Below, one piece after another: positions 49,684-60,248 of a stretch of 64,000 nucleotides of DNA. Both the position numbers and the translations under genes were made by a program. The notes under the pieces are model-generated. The model was not told where the DNA came from. It made no database searches and saw nothing but the letters and a program-made list of their open reading frames with translations. Position 1 is the stretch's first letter. Every line of letters begins with the position of its first letter. The stretch is taken from positions 57,153 to 121,152 of the forward strand of contig CAWAAL010000024.1 of the NCBI GenBank assembly GCA_963779975.1, in the 5' to 3' direction. Origin of the DNA: an uncultured Planctomycetia bacterium. GTDB lineage: Bacteria > Planctomycetota > Planctomycetia > Pirellulales > Thermoguttaceae.

Positions 49684-50780
49684 TGTTCGTCCGTGACGCC
49701 GTCGTCTTGAACCACCTCGACCACATGACCGACTCGACCGGGTTGGTTCAACACGCCATTTTCAGCCTCCCCAGGCGCGAGAGCGGCTACACGACCGACG
49801 ACAACGCCCGGGCCTTGCGGCTCTGCGTTCGTCTCTGGAACCAGCATCCCCACGAGAAGATGTTGAAGCGGGTGACCAACTACCTGAGCTTTCTCGAATT
49901 TGCGCGTGGCATCGGCCGCGGATTTCACAATTTCCTCAGCTACGATCGGCGTTGGCTCGATGCCGAAGGCTGCGGTGATTGCCAGGGCCAAGCAGTCCGT
50001 GCCCTGGCGGAAGTGCTCGGCAGCAACTTGCCCGATGGCTACCGGGCGTTGGGTCGCGAGTTGATCGAAGCGGTTTTGCCCACCCTCGCCGATCTGCGGA
50101 GCCTGCGTGCCCAATCCTACGTGATCCTGGCTTACGGGCATTTGTGGAGCAAGGGGGCAGAAGACATCGAACCTCTGGAAAGCGTAGCCTGGTCGGCGGC
50201 GCGGCGGCTGGCCGAATGCTACGACCACGCCCGGCGGCCGGATTGGCAGTGGTTCGAGTCGCGCATGACCTATGCCAATGCGGTCTTGCCGCACGCCTTG
50301 TTCGTCGCTGCCAAGCGTTGGCCGCAGGAAAACTTCCTCGACATCGCGCGGGCCTCGTTTTCCTTCCTCGACCGGAAGACGACGGTCGTGAGCCAGAGTA
50401 CTGGGTGCTCCGTCTTCTGGCCGATCGGGAACGAGGGCTGGCATCCCCGCGGGGAGGAAAAGGCGCCCTACGATCAACAGCCCGTGGAAGCCGTCACGAT
50501 GGCCGAAACCGCGCTGGCCGCGCTGGACCTGCTTGGCGACGAGGAGTACTTGGCGAGTTTCCGCCGTGCCCACGGTTGGTTCCATGGCCGCAATAGCCTG
50601 GGCCAGTCGCTCATCGATGTCCGGGCCGGTGCCTGCTACGACGGCCTGCAGGCCACCGGCGTGAATTACAACCAGGGGGCCGAATCGACGCTCGCGTATT
50701 TGTGGGCGGAAATGAGCAAACACGAAATCCTGCACTTGCTTGGCGAAAACTGCCCCACGCTTGCCGGCGCGGAGGCCTGA
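49683..50780 (+). CDS. glycoside-hydrolase-like protein with (alpha/alpha)6 six-hairpin toroid fold; family uncertain
   Basis: TGATG overlap with GT4; 'GYTTDDNARALRL', 'YVILAYGHLW', 'AVTMAETALAALDLLGDEEY' are typical of six-hairpin glycosidases. Confidence 0.4.
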   Translation: MFVRDAVVLNHLDHMTDSTGLVQHAIFSLPRRESGYTTDDNARALRLCVRLWNQHPHEKMLKRVTNYLSFLEFARGIGRGFHNFLSYDRRWLDAEGCGDCQGQAVRALAEVLGSNLPDGYRALGRELIEAVLPTLADLRSLRAQSYVILAYGHLWSKGAEDIEPLESVAWSAARRLAECYDHARRPDWQWFESRMTYANAVLPHALFVAAKRWPQENFLDIARASFSFLDRKTTVVSQSTGCSVFWPIGNEGWHPRGEEKAPYDQQPVEAVTMAETALAALDLLGDEEYLASFRRAHGWFHGRNSLGQSLIDVRAGACYDGLQATGVNYNQGAESTLAYLWAEMSKHEILHLLGENCPTLAGAEA

Positions 50781-50812
50781 AGGTATTCCAGTGACGACAA
50801 ATCCCTACGATC

Positions 50813-51943
50813 ATGGCAGCAAACCAGAAAATTAGCGCAACCAGTTCGGTTCTCCCGAGGACCTCCGCCGTGTTGAAGTTCGGCCCGGGTGACGAGTTTC
50901 ATCAGGAGCTTCGACGCCGCATCGATCGGTATTTCACGCGCACCGGGCTGGGGCGCCGCGACTGCCCGCAGATGTACCTGAAGACGGCGGTTGTTCTCGG
51001 CTGGCTGGCGGCATCCTACGTGCTGTTGGTGTTTGTCGCAGGATCGTGGTGGTTGGCCTTGTTGCTGGCGATTTCGCTGGGCCTGGCGATGGCCGCGGTC
51101 GGGTTCGATATCCAGCACGATGGCGGACATCATGCCTACTCGGACCGTCCTTGGATCAACCGCCTCATGGCGAGATCCCTCGATCTGCTGGGCGGCAGTT
51201 CGTACTTCTGGGCCAGGAAGCACAACGCGATGCACCACAGCAACACCAACATCACCGGCCACGACGACGACATCGACCTCGGCTATTTCGGTCGGCTCTC
51301 GCCACACCAGAAGCGACTCACCATTCACCGTTTCCAGCAGTATTATCTCTGGGTGTTGTATGGCTTTCTGCCTCTGAAGTGGCAACTCTACGACGACTTT
51401 CATGACTGGGCGGCCGGCCAGATCGGCGGGCGCCAGTTCGCGCGACCCAAGGGGTGGGATTTGGCGGTGTTTCTCGGCGGCAAGGCGTTTTTTTTTTCGC
51501 TGGCCCTGCTGCTCCCGCTGCTCGTGCATCCGTTGTGGGCCGTAGTGTTGTTCTACCTCACCGCGTCGCTGGTCCAGGGAGTTACGCTGAGTGTCGTGTT
51601 TCAGTTGGCGCATTGCGTGGAGGAGGCCGCTTTTCCCCTGCCGCGGCCGGATACCGGCCGGATGGAGACGGGCTGGGCCGAACACCAGGTCGAAACGACC
51701 GTCGATTTCGCCCGCCGGAACCGGCTGCTCTCCTGGTTCATCGGGGGGCTGAACTTCCAGATCGAGCACCACCTCTTCCCCCGCCTTTGCCACGTCCATT
51801 ACCCGGCGATCGCGCCGCTGGTGGAAGAGACCTGCCGGGAGTTCGGGCTGTTCTACATGGCGCACGAGACCTTTCGGGCGGGTGTCGGTTCCCATTTCCG
51901 CTGGCTGCGGCGGATGGGCGCGTCAAACACCGTCTTGGAATGA
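50813..51943 (+). CDS. membrane-bound fatty-acid desaturase (three His-box di-iron enzyme)
   Basis: 'HDGGHH', 'HNAMHH', 'QIEHHLFP' His boxes; 4+ TM helices. Confidence 0.8.
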   Translation: MAANQKISATSSVLPRTSAVLKFGPGDEFHQELRRRIDRYFTRTGLGRRDCPQMYLKTAVVLGWLAASYVLLVFVAGSWWLALLLAISLGLAMAAVGFDIQHDGGHHAYSDRPWINRLMARSLDLLGGSSYFWARKHNAMHHSNTNITGHDDDIDLGYFGRLSPHQKRLTIHRFQQYYLWVLYGFLPLKWQLYDDFHDWAAGQIGGRQFARPKGWDLAVFLGGKAFFFSLALLLPLLVHPLWAVVLFYLTASLVQGVTLSVVFQLAHCVEEAAFPLPRPDTGRMETGWAEHQVETTVDFARRNRLLSWFIGGLNFQIEHHLFPRLCHVHYPAIAPLVEETCREFGLFYMAHETFRAGVGSHFRWLRRMGASNTVLE

Positions 51944-53467
51944 ATGGAGAAGATCTTGCACGACGCCTCCGGCCACGATCTTGCGCCTCGATCCAACCAC
52001 CGAAAAGGAAACGACGGTTCCCTGAAAGTCCGACGTTTGCCGGTCACCTTCCGCAGCGATTTTCGCCGCGTCATTACTCGCTTCTTTAACCCCGGCGGGG
52101 GGGCGCGGATCTGCCGCGTCATCGACCGCGTGCGCACCCTGAACGACGAACAGGTCGACCGCTTGCTCGACGAGGTGTTCGTCAAGTTCCGTACCCGCCA
52201 CGGCAACATTGCCTCAGTGATTGACGAGAACTACCGGACGGCCCTGGGCATAGCCGGCCAACCGGACGAGTGCTCGCGCAATCGCCGCATGCTGATCGGA
52301 GCTTACTTGACCGCGGAGTATTCGCTCGAATCCGCGGCGCTGTTCAATCCCTCGATCGTCCCGCATCACGACCAGCGTAACCTTCCCACCGGCGCGGTGC
52401 GGATCATCATGAGCCTGCGGGCGACCGGCAAGGGGCACGTCTCCTCCATCGTCTTTCGCACCGGCGTCATCTATTCCGATCACCAGATCCAAATCGACGC
52501 TTGCAGCCGCTTCAGTAATCCTGTTCGGGTTGTGCGCGACAAGCAATATGAGAAGTCTCTGTTCCGCCGCAAGCTCAAAGACATCGGCGTGAACGATGCG
52601 GTGACGGACGTCGTCCTGGATCGCCTCGGCGACTTTTTCACTTTGGCCCAGCTCGAGCAGGCCATTGCGGAATCGCAGGCTGCGGCGCCCGAGAAGCTTC
52701 AACTCGATGAATCGCTCCAGGACATCCATTGGTTGGCCGACTCGAACTACCAGTTGGAGCTGCCGCGGGATGCGGAAGCCTCGGAGTTGGTGATTTTTCC
52801 GCTGACCAGCAACGAAAGCCACGGCATCGAGGACCTCCGCCTGGTCCGCTTCGTGGACGACGACGACACGGTCACCTACTACGGCACCTGTACGGCCTTC
52901 GACGGTTATCGCCTGCTTCCGCAATTGATCGAGACCCGCGACTTCCTGCGGATCGGCGTCCACACGATCAACGGCGCCTGCGCATTGAACAAGGGCATGG
53001 CGATTTTCCCCCGGCGGATCAGCGGGCACTACGCGATGTGTTCGCGAATCGACGGCGAGAACCTGTACATCATGTACTCCGACATCGTCCACTTCTGGGA
53101 GACTGCCGAGTTGCTCCAGACGCCGCGCCCGCCCTGGGGTTTGGTGCAGATCGGCAACTGCGGTTCACCCCTGGAAACGCCGGAAGGCTGGCTGTTGCTG
53201 ACGCACGGCGTGGGCCCCATGCGCACCTATTGCATCGGCGCCATGCTGCTGGACCTGAACGACCCGCTGAAGGTGATCGGCTGCCTCGACGAACCGCTCA
53301 TCACGCCCACCGAACGGGAACGCGACGGCTACGTCCCCAACGTGGCCTATTCCTGCGGGGCAATGATCCACGCCGGGAACCTCTACCTCCCCTTCGCCAC
53401 GTCCGACATGATAACCCGCTTCGCCATCGTGTCGCTCGAAGCCCTGCTGAACCGACTGGTCGGCTAG
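51944..53467 (+). CDS. GH130-family glycosylase with ~250-aa N-terminal extension
   Basis: 'GLVQIGNCGSPLETPEGWLLLTHGVGPMRTYCIGAMLLDLNDPLKVIG', 'GYVPNVAYSCGAMIHAGNLYLPFATSD'. Confidence 0.65.
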   Translation: MEKILHDASGHDLAPRSNHRKGNDGSLKVRRLPVTFRSDFRRVITRFFNPGGGARICRVIDRVRTLNDEQVDRLLDEVFVKFRTRHGNIASVIDENYRTALGIAGQPDECSRNRRMLIGAYLTAEYSLESAALFNPSIVPHHDQRNLPTGAVRIIMSLRATGKGHVSSIVFRTGVIYSDHQIQIDACSRFSNPVRVVRDKQYEKSLFRRKLKDIGVNDAVTDVVLDRLGDFFTLAQLEQAIAESQAAAPEKLQLDESLQDIHWLADSNYQLELPRDAEASELVIFPLTSNESHGIEDLRLVRFVDDDDTVTYYGTCTAFDGYRLLPQLIETRDFLRIGVHTINGACALNKGMAIFPRRISGHYAMCSRIDGENLYIMYSDIVHFWETAELLQTPRPPWGLVQIGNCGSPLETPEGWLLLTHGVGPMRTYCIGAMLLDLNDPLKVIGCLDEPLITPTERERDGYVPNVAYSCGAMIHAGNLYLPFATSDMITRFAIVSLEALLNRLVG

Positions 53468-53497
53468 ACAAGATGCCGTAGAATTGGCGGCGTCGAG

Positions 53498-54492
53498 TTA
53501 CGACAGTTGCAGGCCCAACTCGAGCCGGCCGGCATTTTCCAGGGCTTTCGCCGCCGCGCATAAATCCTGAATTGCCACGCCGACGGACTTGAACAAGGTG
53601 ATCTCGTCCGCATGTCCTCGGCCCGGCGACCGACCCAGCACAACGTCGCCCAACTCCGTGGCGAAGTGCGACTCCTCGATCAAGCCTTGCCGCAATGGTT
53701 GGAGCAAATCACCTGCTTCTTCCAGCGCTGCTGCGAGGTGATCCACCACGACGTGCGCTCGGCAGACCGTGGCGGGAGGGATCTCGCTCACGTGCGGCTG
53801 GTAGGAACCGATCGCGTTGACGTGGACGCCATGCTTGAGATCGGAGTCTTCGAAGATGGGCTCCGACGAAGTGGTAGCCGTGCAAACGACGTCGGCGTCT
53901 TTCAGAGCTTCAACCGGGCTGGCCGCGCGTTCGACGGGCCGGCCGAGGCGCCGGGTCATTTCGGCCGCAAACCGATCCGCGGCAGACGGGGCCGCGTCAT
54001 AGATGTATGCCCGGTGGATCGTGCGCACGCAACAAACTGCTTCCAGTTGAGTGCGTGCCTGCGCGCGGCGCCAAACACAGCTACCACCGCGGCATCGGGT
54101 CGGGCCAGGAGATCCGTGGCCAGACCGGACGCGGCACCGGTGCGGATGGCGGTGAGGCTCGTACCGTCCATCACCGCCAGATGCGCACCGGTCGTGCCGT
54201 CGGTCAGGATCACCAGTGACTGAATCGTCGGCAGCCCGCACCGCGGGTTATCAGGAAATATCGTGATGGTCTTCAATGAGAACATCCGCAACGCGATGGA
54301 ATGGCAGGGCATGACAAGCGCCACGCCACGCTCGTCCGGCGTTTGCAGACTTGCGCGGGCAGGCAACGTCACCTGCCCGTCGGCTAACTGGGCGAACGCC
54401 TCGCGCATCGCCGCAATCGCGTCGGTCATCGGCAGCGCGCGGCATACGTCGGCAGCGGAAAGATAGAGCCATGGAGCGGTTCTCATCGTCAT
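53498..54492 (-). CDS. ornithine cyclodeaminase / mu-crystallin family protein; apparent frameshift ~54000-54060
   Basis: N-terminal part in ORF 53956..54723 ('MTMRTAPWLYLSAADV...'), C-terminal part in ORF 53498..54241 ('HVNAIGSYQPHVSEIP...EITLFKSVGVAIQDLCAA'). Confidence 0.65.
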
Positions 54493-54880
54493 TTGCAACC
54501 GGTGCCTCCGGGGCGGCAGCAACCAGGTTTCAATGCCTGGGCCGACGGCGTGACGGCAATGCCTCCCTTGGACGTACAACGTAATGCCGAGGGCATCGCG
54601 AGCCCTACGGCGTAAACGGCGTCGATCGTCTCGTCCAACGGAATGAAGTTCGTGTAACCGCCGAGTACGAGATCCGCATTGACAAAGGCAGCGGCGGCGG
54701 CGGCCGCGTTGCGCGTATGGCACGGTATCTCGACCATGCCGTGCAGAAGGTCGCAGACGGTCCCCGAGGTGTCTTGGAACGGGCCATGCAGCCGACGTGG
54801 AACGCGCCCGCCGTGTGGGAGCTGGAGGGGCCGCGCATCACGGGTCCGAGGACATGATTGAGGATACTGACGGCTTTCAT
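54489..54880 (-). pseudogene. short L-serine-dehydratase-like fragment (frameshifted/truncated)
   Basis: 'MKAVSILNHVLGPVMRGPSSSHTAGA' (GPSSSHT motif) then out of frame '...AAFVNADLVLGGYTNFIPLDETIDAVYAVGLAM'. Confidence 0.3.
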
Positions 54881-54931
54881 GGCTTGGGAACCTCGGGTTC
54901 TCATGGTTGTTTCTCGTTTGCGATTGCCTGC

Positions 54932-56221
54932 TCAGACGATTTCTTCCCGAGCGGCATCCCAGCGCACCTGGCGCCGCTGTCGGTACGAAACCAGCGACAT
55001 GAGGAATGTCGCCGTTTCGACGAACGCTTCGTCGGTCGAGCATTTTGGCGTGCCGCGGTTTTGGATGCAATTCACCCAGTCGGCCACGTGGTTCGGCTGC
55101 TTAGGCGTCTTGTTCCACTCGTAGCCCTTGGGCAGGTTCGTTCGCGTGTCGTGCTCTTCGGGGAGTATTTGGAAACGCGTCACGTCGTGCGCGGTGTCGT
55201 CGAAACGAAGGGTGGCGTCTCGACCGCAGATTTCCACGGGCTGCTTCGCCTGGCTGGTGTTCATGCTCCCGGAAAAAGTCACGGTCCGGCCGAGCTTCTC
55301 AAACTCGTAGGTCGCCGACCACGTATCCGGCACCTCGCGATCGTCGCGAAGTTGCGAGGTCAGGCCTGTACAACAGCAGGTGTCTGGAATGCCATGGCCG
55401 AGAAGATACTGCACGAAGTCCATCTCGTGCGACAGCAGATCTCCGGCATAACCGGTGCCGTAGGCCCAGTAACAGCGCCAGTGCCAGAAGTGGCGTTCGT
55501 TCCAAGGGATCTTCCGCGCCGGCCCCAACCACAGGTCCCAATTCACTTCCTTCGCGACCTTTGCCGGGTCCGGCCGGTCCCACTGATCGTAATAGCCGTA
55601 CCAGCGCCAATTGGGATGCCCGGGCTCGGATGCCTTGAAGCGCCCCATGGGCACCAGCGTGACGGGGCCCAGGATGTCCTTGGCGAGCAGTCCCTTCGCC
55701 TGCAAAGCGCAAGCGGCTTGGCGCGCATGGTGGCCGAGTTGGAACACGACCCGGCTCCGTTTCAGCGCGTCGCGCATCAGCTTCGCCTCGGCCAGGGTCC
55801 GCGAGAATCCCTTCTCGCAATAAATGTCCTTCCCCGCTTTTACGGCATCGAGCACCATCTGGCAGTGCCAGTGGTCCGGCGTGCCGATGACTACCGCATC
55901 GACATTCGGGTCGGCCAGCAGTTCACGGTAGTCGATGTAGGCTTTCACCACCGGGTTCAGGCTCCGCTCGATGCCTTTCTGCCGATGCGGCCCATAGACG
56001 TCGCAGACCGCCGTTACCTTGACGTTGGGGACATTGACAACCGCATTGATGAGGTCGCCGCCGCGGGTGCCCAACCCGATGCAACCCACGCCAATGGTCT
56101 TGGCAGGAGATGGAGCGGAGAGAACTGCCGGAGCGAACGTGGAGACGGCTGCCAGGGCTGTCGCCGCGCGGCCGGTAGTGCGGAGAAATCGCCGACGGTT
56201 CCAGGTGGAGTTGTCCTTCAT
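54932..56221 (-). CDS. Gfo/Idh/MocA-family oxidoreductase with Tat signal peptide
   Basis: 'NRRRFLRTTGRAATALAA' (twin-Arg); 'IGVGCIGLGTRGGDLI' Rossmann; 'DAVVIGTPDHWH'. Confidence 0.85.
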   Translation of the reverse strand: MKDNSTWNRRRFLRTTGRAATALAAVSTFAPAVLSAPSPAKTIGVGCIGLGTRGGDLINAVVNVPNVKVTAVCDVYGPHRQKGIERSLNPVVKAYIDYRELLADPNVDAVVIGTPDHWHCQMVLDAVKAGKDIYCEKGFSRTLAEAKLMRDALKRSRVVFQLGHHARQAACALQAKGLLAKDILGPVTLVPMGRFKASEPGHPNWRWYGYYDQWDRPDPAKVAKEVNWDLWLGPARKIPWNERHFWHWRCYWAYGTGYAGDLLSHEMDFVQYLLGHGIPDTCCCTGLTSQLRDDREVPDTWSATYEFEKLGRTVTFSGSMNTSQAKQPVEICGRDATLRFDDTAHDVTRFQILPEEHDTRTNLPKGYEWNKTPKQPNHVADWVNCIQNRGTPKCSTDEAFVETATFLMSLVSYRQRRQVRWDAAREEIV

Positions 56222-56707
56222 GGATTTGCGCCTTTCTTTCGTCTAGAGTGTCTTTTTTACCCGGGCAACGTACCAATCCCTCATTGTAGCGAAGTTGCGT
56301 GTGCATGGTCGAACGGCCGGAGAGGCGAAGGTGGTAGCCGTGGAGCTGGCCTGCCGGCCGACCGGGCGTGCCATCAGCGCCCATTACGGCAAGATCAGCT
56401 CGGCAGCGGTCAGCACGACGCACTGCAAGGTGCGGCAAGGGAATTGCACGATCACTCCCGTCGTTGATTCCCTGCTCAGTCAATTGACGGCCCAGCGGCA
56501 AAGATAATGAAAGTTGAAAGTTAATATTCAAAGTCTGATCGCCATGCTAAGTCTGACCGCCATGCTGAAAAACGGGCAGTTGGGGCTGAATCTGGCGTCG
56601 TAGCGGCGGTTCCAGCGGCTCGGAAGTGGGCCGTTACGTCGCTTCTTGGGATCTGCGGTGCAAAACTTCGGCAGCGACGGAAACCATTACCTAGGAAGGC
56701 CCGACGA

Positions 56708-57157
56708 ATGAACAACGACAACAAGACCGCTGGCAGGCCGAAACTCGCAGGGATGGCGAGAACCAGCAACGCCAGGGCGATCAAGGCCGTCACCGCCAGG
56801 AAAGCTGCGGCCAGAAAAGCCTATCGGGCCAAGATCGAGTCTCTGCTCGGAAAGTCGGAAGACGGGCCGTTGGCCGGCGTTTGGCAACAAGTTTGCCCAT
56901 TCTCCTTTGACGGAGCCTGCGAATTACCGAATCGCCGAGCGATCATTAAGGACCTGGCCGACTTCGCCGAGGTACTTCAGCCGAGTCTGGACGGCATGCA
57001 GGTCCAGCGCTTGTGTCGGCTGATTGAGAAGTATGCCGCCTCCAAGCCTCGTCCATCGGACCTGTCGGTCTCCCGGCCGGCCCGACAGACCGGGACGCCG
57101 AACTACCGCGGCCAGGAAGAAAGTCGCGGCAAAGAGCTCGCCTCGCTACGCGGATGA
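56708..57157 (+). CDS. hypothetical basic protein
   Basis: ORF with coding-like composition; no recognisable domain. Confidence 0.35.
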   Translation: MNNDNKTAGRPKLAGMARTSNARAIKAVTARKAAARKAYRAKIESLLGKSEDGPLAGVWQQVCPFSFDGACELPNRRAIIKDLADFAEVLQPSLDGMQVQRLCRLIEKYAASKPRPSDLSVSRPARQTGTPNYRGQEESRGKELASLRG

Positions 57158-57423
57158 GATATTGTCCGCCCGCTGACAACCAACTCGGGCTGGCTGACAG
57201 GAATCGGAATCGTCATCTGGCCGGTGGCTACCCGTTCCGTTCCGCGAAGCATGAACCGGGCGAGCGAAGTTCTCTTCAAACCGCTGGTAACTGGGCGATT
57301 CTCGCCGCAATCTGGCATATTCCCAAGTCCTGGTCGTCGCCACCTTGACATTCCGGCGGGTGGTTGAAAAATATCTCGTGACGTTTTCCGGCCGGCGGCA
57401 ACTGATCGATTGTGGGAATCTCG

Positions 57424-58008
57424 ATGGCAGCGTTCAAAGAGACCGAAGAGGCCGTGCTGCTCCGCCAGGCGGCCGGCGGATCGCCGGAGGCGTTTGCGCT
57501 GCTGGTGCGCCTCCACCAGGCCGCGGTTCGCTGGCGCCTGGTCCGTTACGTTCGCGATCCGGCAACCGCCGACGATCTCGCCCAGGAGGTGTTCTTGGCG
57601 GCCTACCAGAATCTCGCGACGTGCCGGTCGGCTGGCAGTCTGCGGGGATGGCTGCTGGGCATTGCCCGCAACGTGGCGATCCAGCACGTTCGCGGCGATG
57701 CCCGCCGCCGGCTCAGGGAAACAGGGCCGCTAGCAACGCAATTGGCCCAATGGCGGATCGAGCAACTGGAGCAAGACCCGGCGGACAGCCTGGACCATGA
57801 GCGAAAATTGGCGAGCCTGCGAGAGTGTGTCGAGCATTTGGCGCCGGAAAGCCGGCGGGTGGTCGAGGAACACTATTTTCAGCGCCAGACGGTGGAATCG
57901 ATCGCCCAACGCCAGGGCCGGGGCGCGGGGACCGTGCGGATGATGCTCCTCCGCATTCGAAAGGTTCTGGGCGAGTGCATTCGCAAGAATTTGCGGCAGG
58001 ACAGGTGA
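57424..58008 (+). CDS. ECF sigma factor
   Basis: 'DLAQEVFLAAYQNLATCRSAGSLRGWLLGIARNVA', 'ESRRVVEEHYFQRQTVESIAQRQGRGAGTVRMML'. Confidence 0.8.
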   Translation: MAAFKETEEAVLLRQAAGGSPEAFALLVRLHQAAVRWRLVRYVRDPATADDLAQEVFLAAYQNLATCRSAGSLRGWLLGIARNVAIQHVRGDARRRLRETGPLATQLAQWRIEQLEQDPADSLDHERKLASLRECVEHLAPESRRVVEEHYFQRQTVESIAQRQGRGAGTVRMMLLRIRKVLGECIRKNLRQDR

Positions 58009-58013
58009 GCGAA

Positions 58014-59099
58014 ATGGACACCCAATTGTTCAGTGAATTGGTCTCGCGCTGGGTCTCCGGCGATCGGCTTGCGCCGGCCGAACAGCAGAGCTTGCTCGAC
58101 TGGCTGGAAAACCACCCCGAAGCCCGCCGTGAGCTGCTGGAGGACGAGACGCTGGACAGCCTGCTGCATTGTTGGCCCCGACTGGAAGGCACGGCCGAGG
58201 ATTTCGTGCAGGACTGCCTGCGTCGCGCGGCCGGCCAACGGGCGGATCACCACGAACCGGTTTCCGCGGTGACGGCTCCGCCGATCGTCGCGCTGCCCGT
58301 GACGGTGGTTCGGCCGCCGAAGACTGCAGACGACGCCCGGCGCGGCCGAAGGCTGTTTGCAGGCAGCGCTGGCCGGTGGGTGGCGGCCGTGGCCGGCTGC
58401 GGCGCGGTCCTCGTGCTCGGCGCAATCGGTTGGCGGTGGCTGACGCACGGGCCACGGGCAGTCGAGATGAACCAGCCCGCGTTGCCTTTGGCCGAAAACC
58501 AGGATTCGCGGCCGGAACCGGACCGGACCTTCGCCACACTGGCGCAAAGCGCCGGCGCCGCGTGGGAAACGCCGCGGTCCGCGGGTGACCGGCTCGCGGC
58601 GGGCGTCTTGAAGCTGACCGCTGGAACGGCGGAGTTGCACTTCGACAAAGGGAGCATCGCTCGCCTGACCGGGCCCGCGGTGCTGGAGCTTCGCAACGGG
58701 GACGAAGTATTTCTGAAACGTGGCAGTCTGGCAGCCAGGGTCCCGCCGCCGGCGGTCGGCTTTCTCGTCGCCACCCCGCTATCGCAGATCGTCGACCTGG
58801 GCACCGAATTCGACGTGGTCGTGGAAGATTCGGGAGTCACGCGGACCGTGGTACGTCAGGGGCGCGTGTCGCTCAGGCCGCAAAGGGGCCAGGAAGAGTT
58901 CGGATCACCCATCGAATTGGCGGCGGGGGCCTTGGACCACGCCACGGTCTCGGTCCCGGACATCGCCGCCGCCGTGCTGCCGGTCACAACCGTTGCCCAC
59001 GGGAGTCAAGGCCGGTTCCTGGGCCGTTTGAGCGCCAACGGCAAGACTGCGGAGTTCCACTCGCGACCGGCTTTCCGCGAGTTCCGCGCCTGGCGCTGA
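58014..59099 (+). CDS. FecR-like anti-sigma factor (N-terminal sigma-binding, one TM, periplasmic FecR domain)
   Basis: immediately follows the ECF gene; TM 'WVAAVAGCGAVLVLGAIGW'; 'GSIARLTGPAVLELRNGDEVFLKRGSLAARV'. Confidence 0.6.
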   Translation: MDTQLFSELVSRWVSGDRLAPAEQQSLLDWLENHPEARRELLEDETLDSLLHCWPRLEGTAEDFVQDCLRRAAGQRADHHEPVSAVTAPPIVALPVTVVRPPKTADDARRGRRLFAGSAGRWVAAVAGCGAVLVLGAIGWRWLTHGPRAVEMNQPALPLAENQDSRPEPDRTFATLAQSAGAAWETPRSAGDRLAAGVLKLTAGTAELHFDKGSIARLTGPAVLELRNGDEVFLKRGSLAARVPPPAVGFLVATPLSQIVDLGTEFDVVVEDSGVTRTVVRQGRVSLRPQRGQEEFGSPIELAAGALDHATVSVPDIAAAVLPVTTVAHGSQGRFLGRLSANGKTAEFHSRPAFREFRAWR

Positions 59100-59162
59100 A
59101 GCAATTGCGCGAGGCCCCTGGCCAGTTCGGTCAGAAGTGGCCCGCTCTCGCTGACGGGGCTC

Positions 59163-59513
59163 ATGGGGCCAACGGGGGCCTCACGGGCCAGAACAATGGC
59201 AACCATGGTGCCGCCGAGCGCCGCTCCGGTTCGGAGGCAGACGCTGCCGCCGGAACCCATGGGAATGGTCGCGCCCGCCGCGGTCGCGGATGGCCAAACC
59301 GTCGATGTCCAGGAGAACGGAAAGGTAATTTCGATCACCGATTCCAAAGAATCGGGCATCACCGTCACGATCACCGAATCGGTGGGCGGGAAGAAGAAAA
59401 TGACCAAGGTGCAGGCCGCCGATTTGCCGGAACTGGCCAGGAAGAACCCCGAGGCACACCACCTCTACGGGAAATACTTCCACCTCCGACCGAAAAGCGG
59501 CAAGCCCAAATAG
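59163..59513 (+). CDS. hypothetical small protein (possibly exported)
   Basis: ORF; Lys-rich C-terminus. Confidence 0.3.
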   Translation: MGPTGASRARTMATMVPPSAAPVRRQTLPPEPMGMVAPAAVADGQTVDVQENGKVISITDSKESGITVTITESVGGKKKMTKVQAADLPELARKNPEAHHLYGKYFHLRPKSGKPK

Positions 59514-59753
59514 CTGCCGAGTGGGCTTTAGCCCGGCTTTGTATTACTATTGTAGAGGAGGCGGGCTAAAGCCTGCCCTACGGAACCGGAAGATTCGCAA
59601 AAAACCTTGTGACGATTCTCGCTTGGCGGCAACTAGCTATCGAGAGGTCTTTTGGCGGCCGTTCAGCGGGCCTTTTTTTGGCCAGCGGTTCTGCTTGCGT
59701 CCGTGCCGGAAAACTGTTTTTAATTTTTTTAGAAGCAAGATAGGAGAATGAAC

Positions 59754-60240
59754 ATGCGTCGGAATTTGTTTGGTGGCCTTGGCTTGTCGATCTCGGTCTT
59801 CCTAGGTGCGCTCAGCCTGGCTTCGTTGGCCTCGGCCCAGGCAACCACCACCCCCGCGACGCCATCGGCCCATGCACAACTGCTCAAGACACTCAGGCAG
59901 GCCCACCATCTCCTGGTCAATGCCGACCACGACTACGATGGTCATCGGGCCAAGGCCGCCGAAGAGGTCCACAAGGCGATCAAGGAACTGGAAGGTAAGC
60001 ATCACGGCAAGAAGGCCCAGTCGGCCACAACCCCCTCCACCGGCGGCATCGGCCCGCGCAGGCCGGCCAGGGGGGCAAAGGCAAAATGCATGAAGCCCAG
60101 GCAAGCTCGGATGCGCAGTTGCAGCAGGCCCTGCAACTTCTGCAAGGGACCTCGACGCATTTAAGCGGCAAGCACCCCAAGGCGAGCACCAACGTAAGTA
60201 ATGCGATTGCCGAAATCAACACGGCACTTAAGATCAAGTA
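59754..60240 (+). CDS. periplasmic protein with two His-rich helical repeats; apparent frameshift at the g6 run ~60055-60066
   Basis: signal peptide 'MRRNLFGGLGLSISVFLGALSLASLASAQA'; 'HAQLLKTLRQAHHLLVNADHDYDGHRAKAAEEVHKAIKEL' and, in the other frame, 'DAQLQQALQLLQGTSTHLSGKHPKASTNVSNAIAEINTALK*'. Confidence 0.5.
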
Positions 60241-60248
60241 AACGTCGA

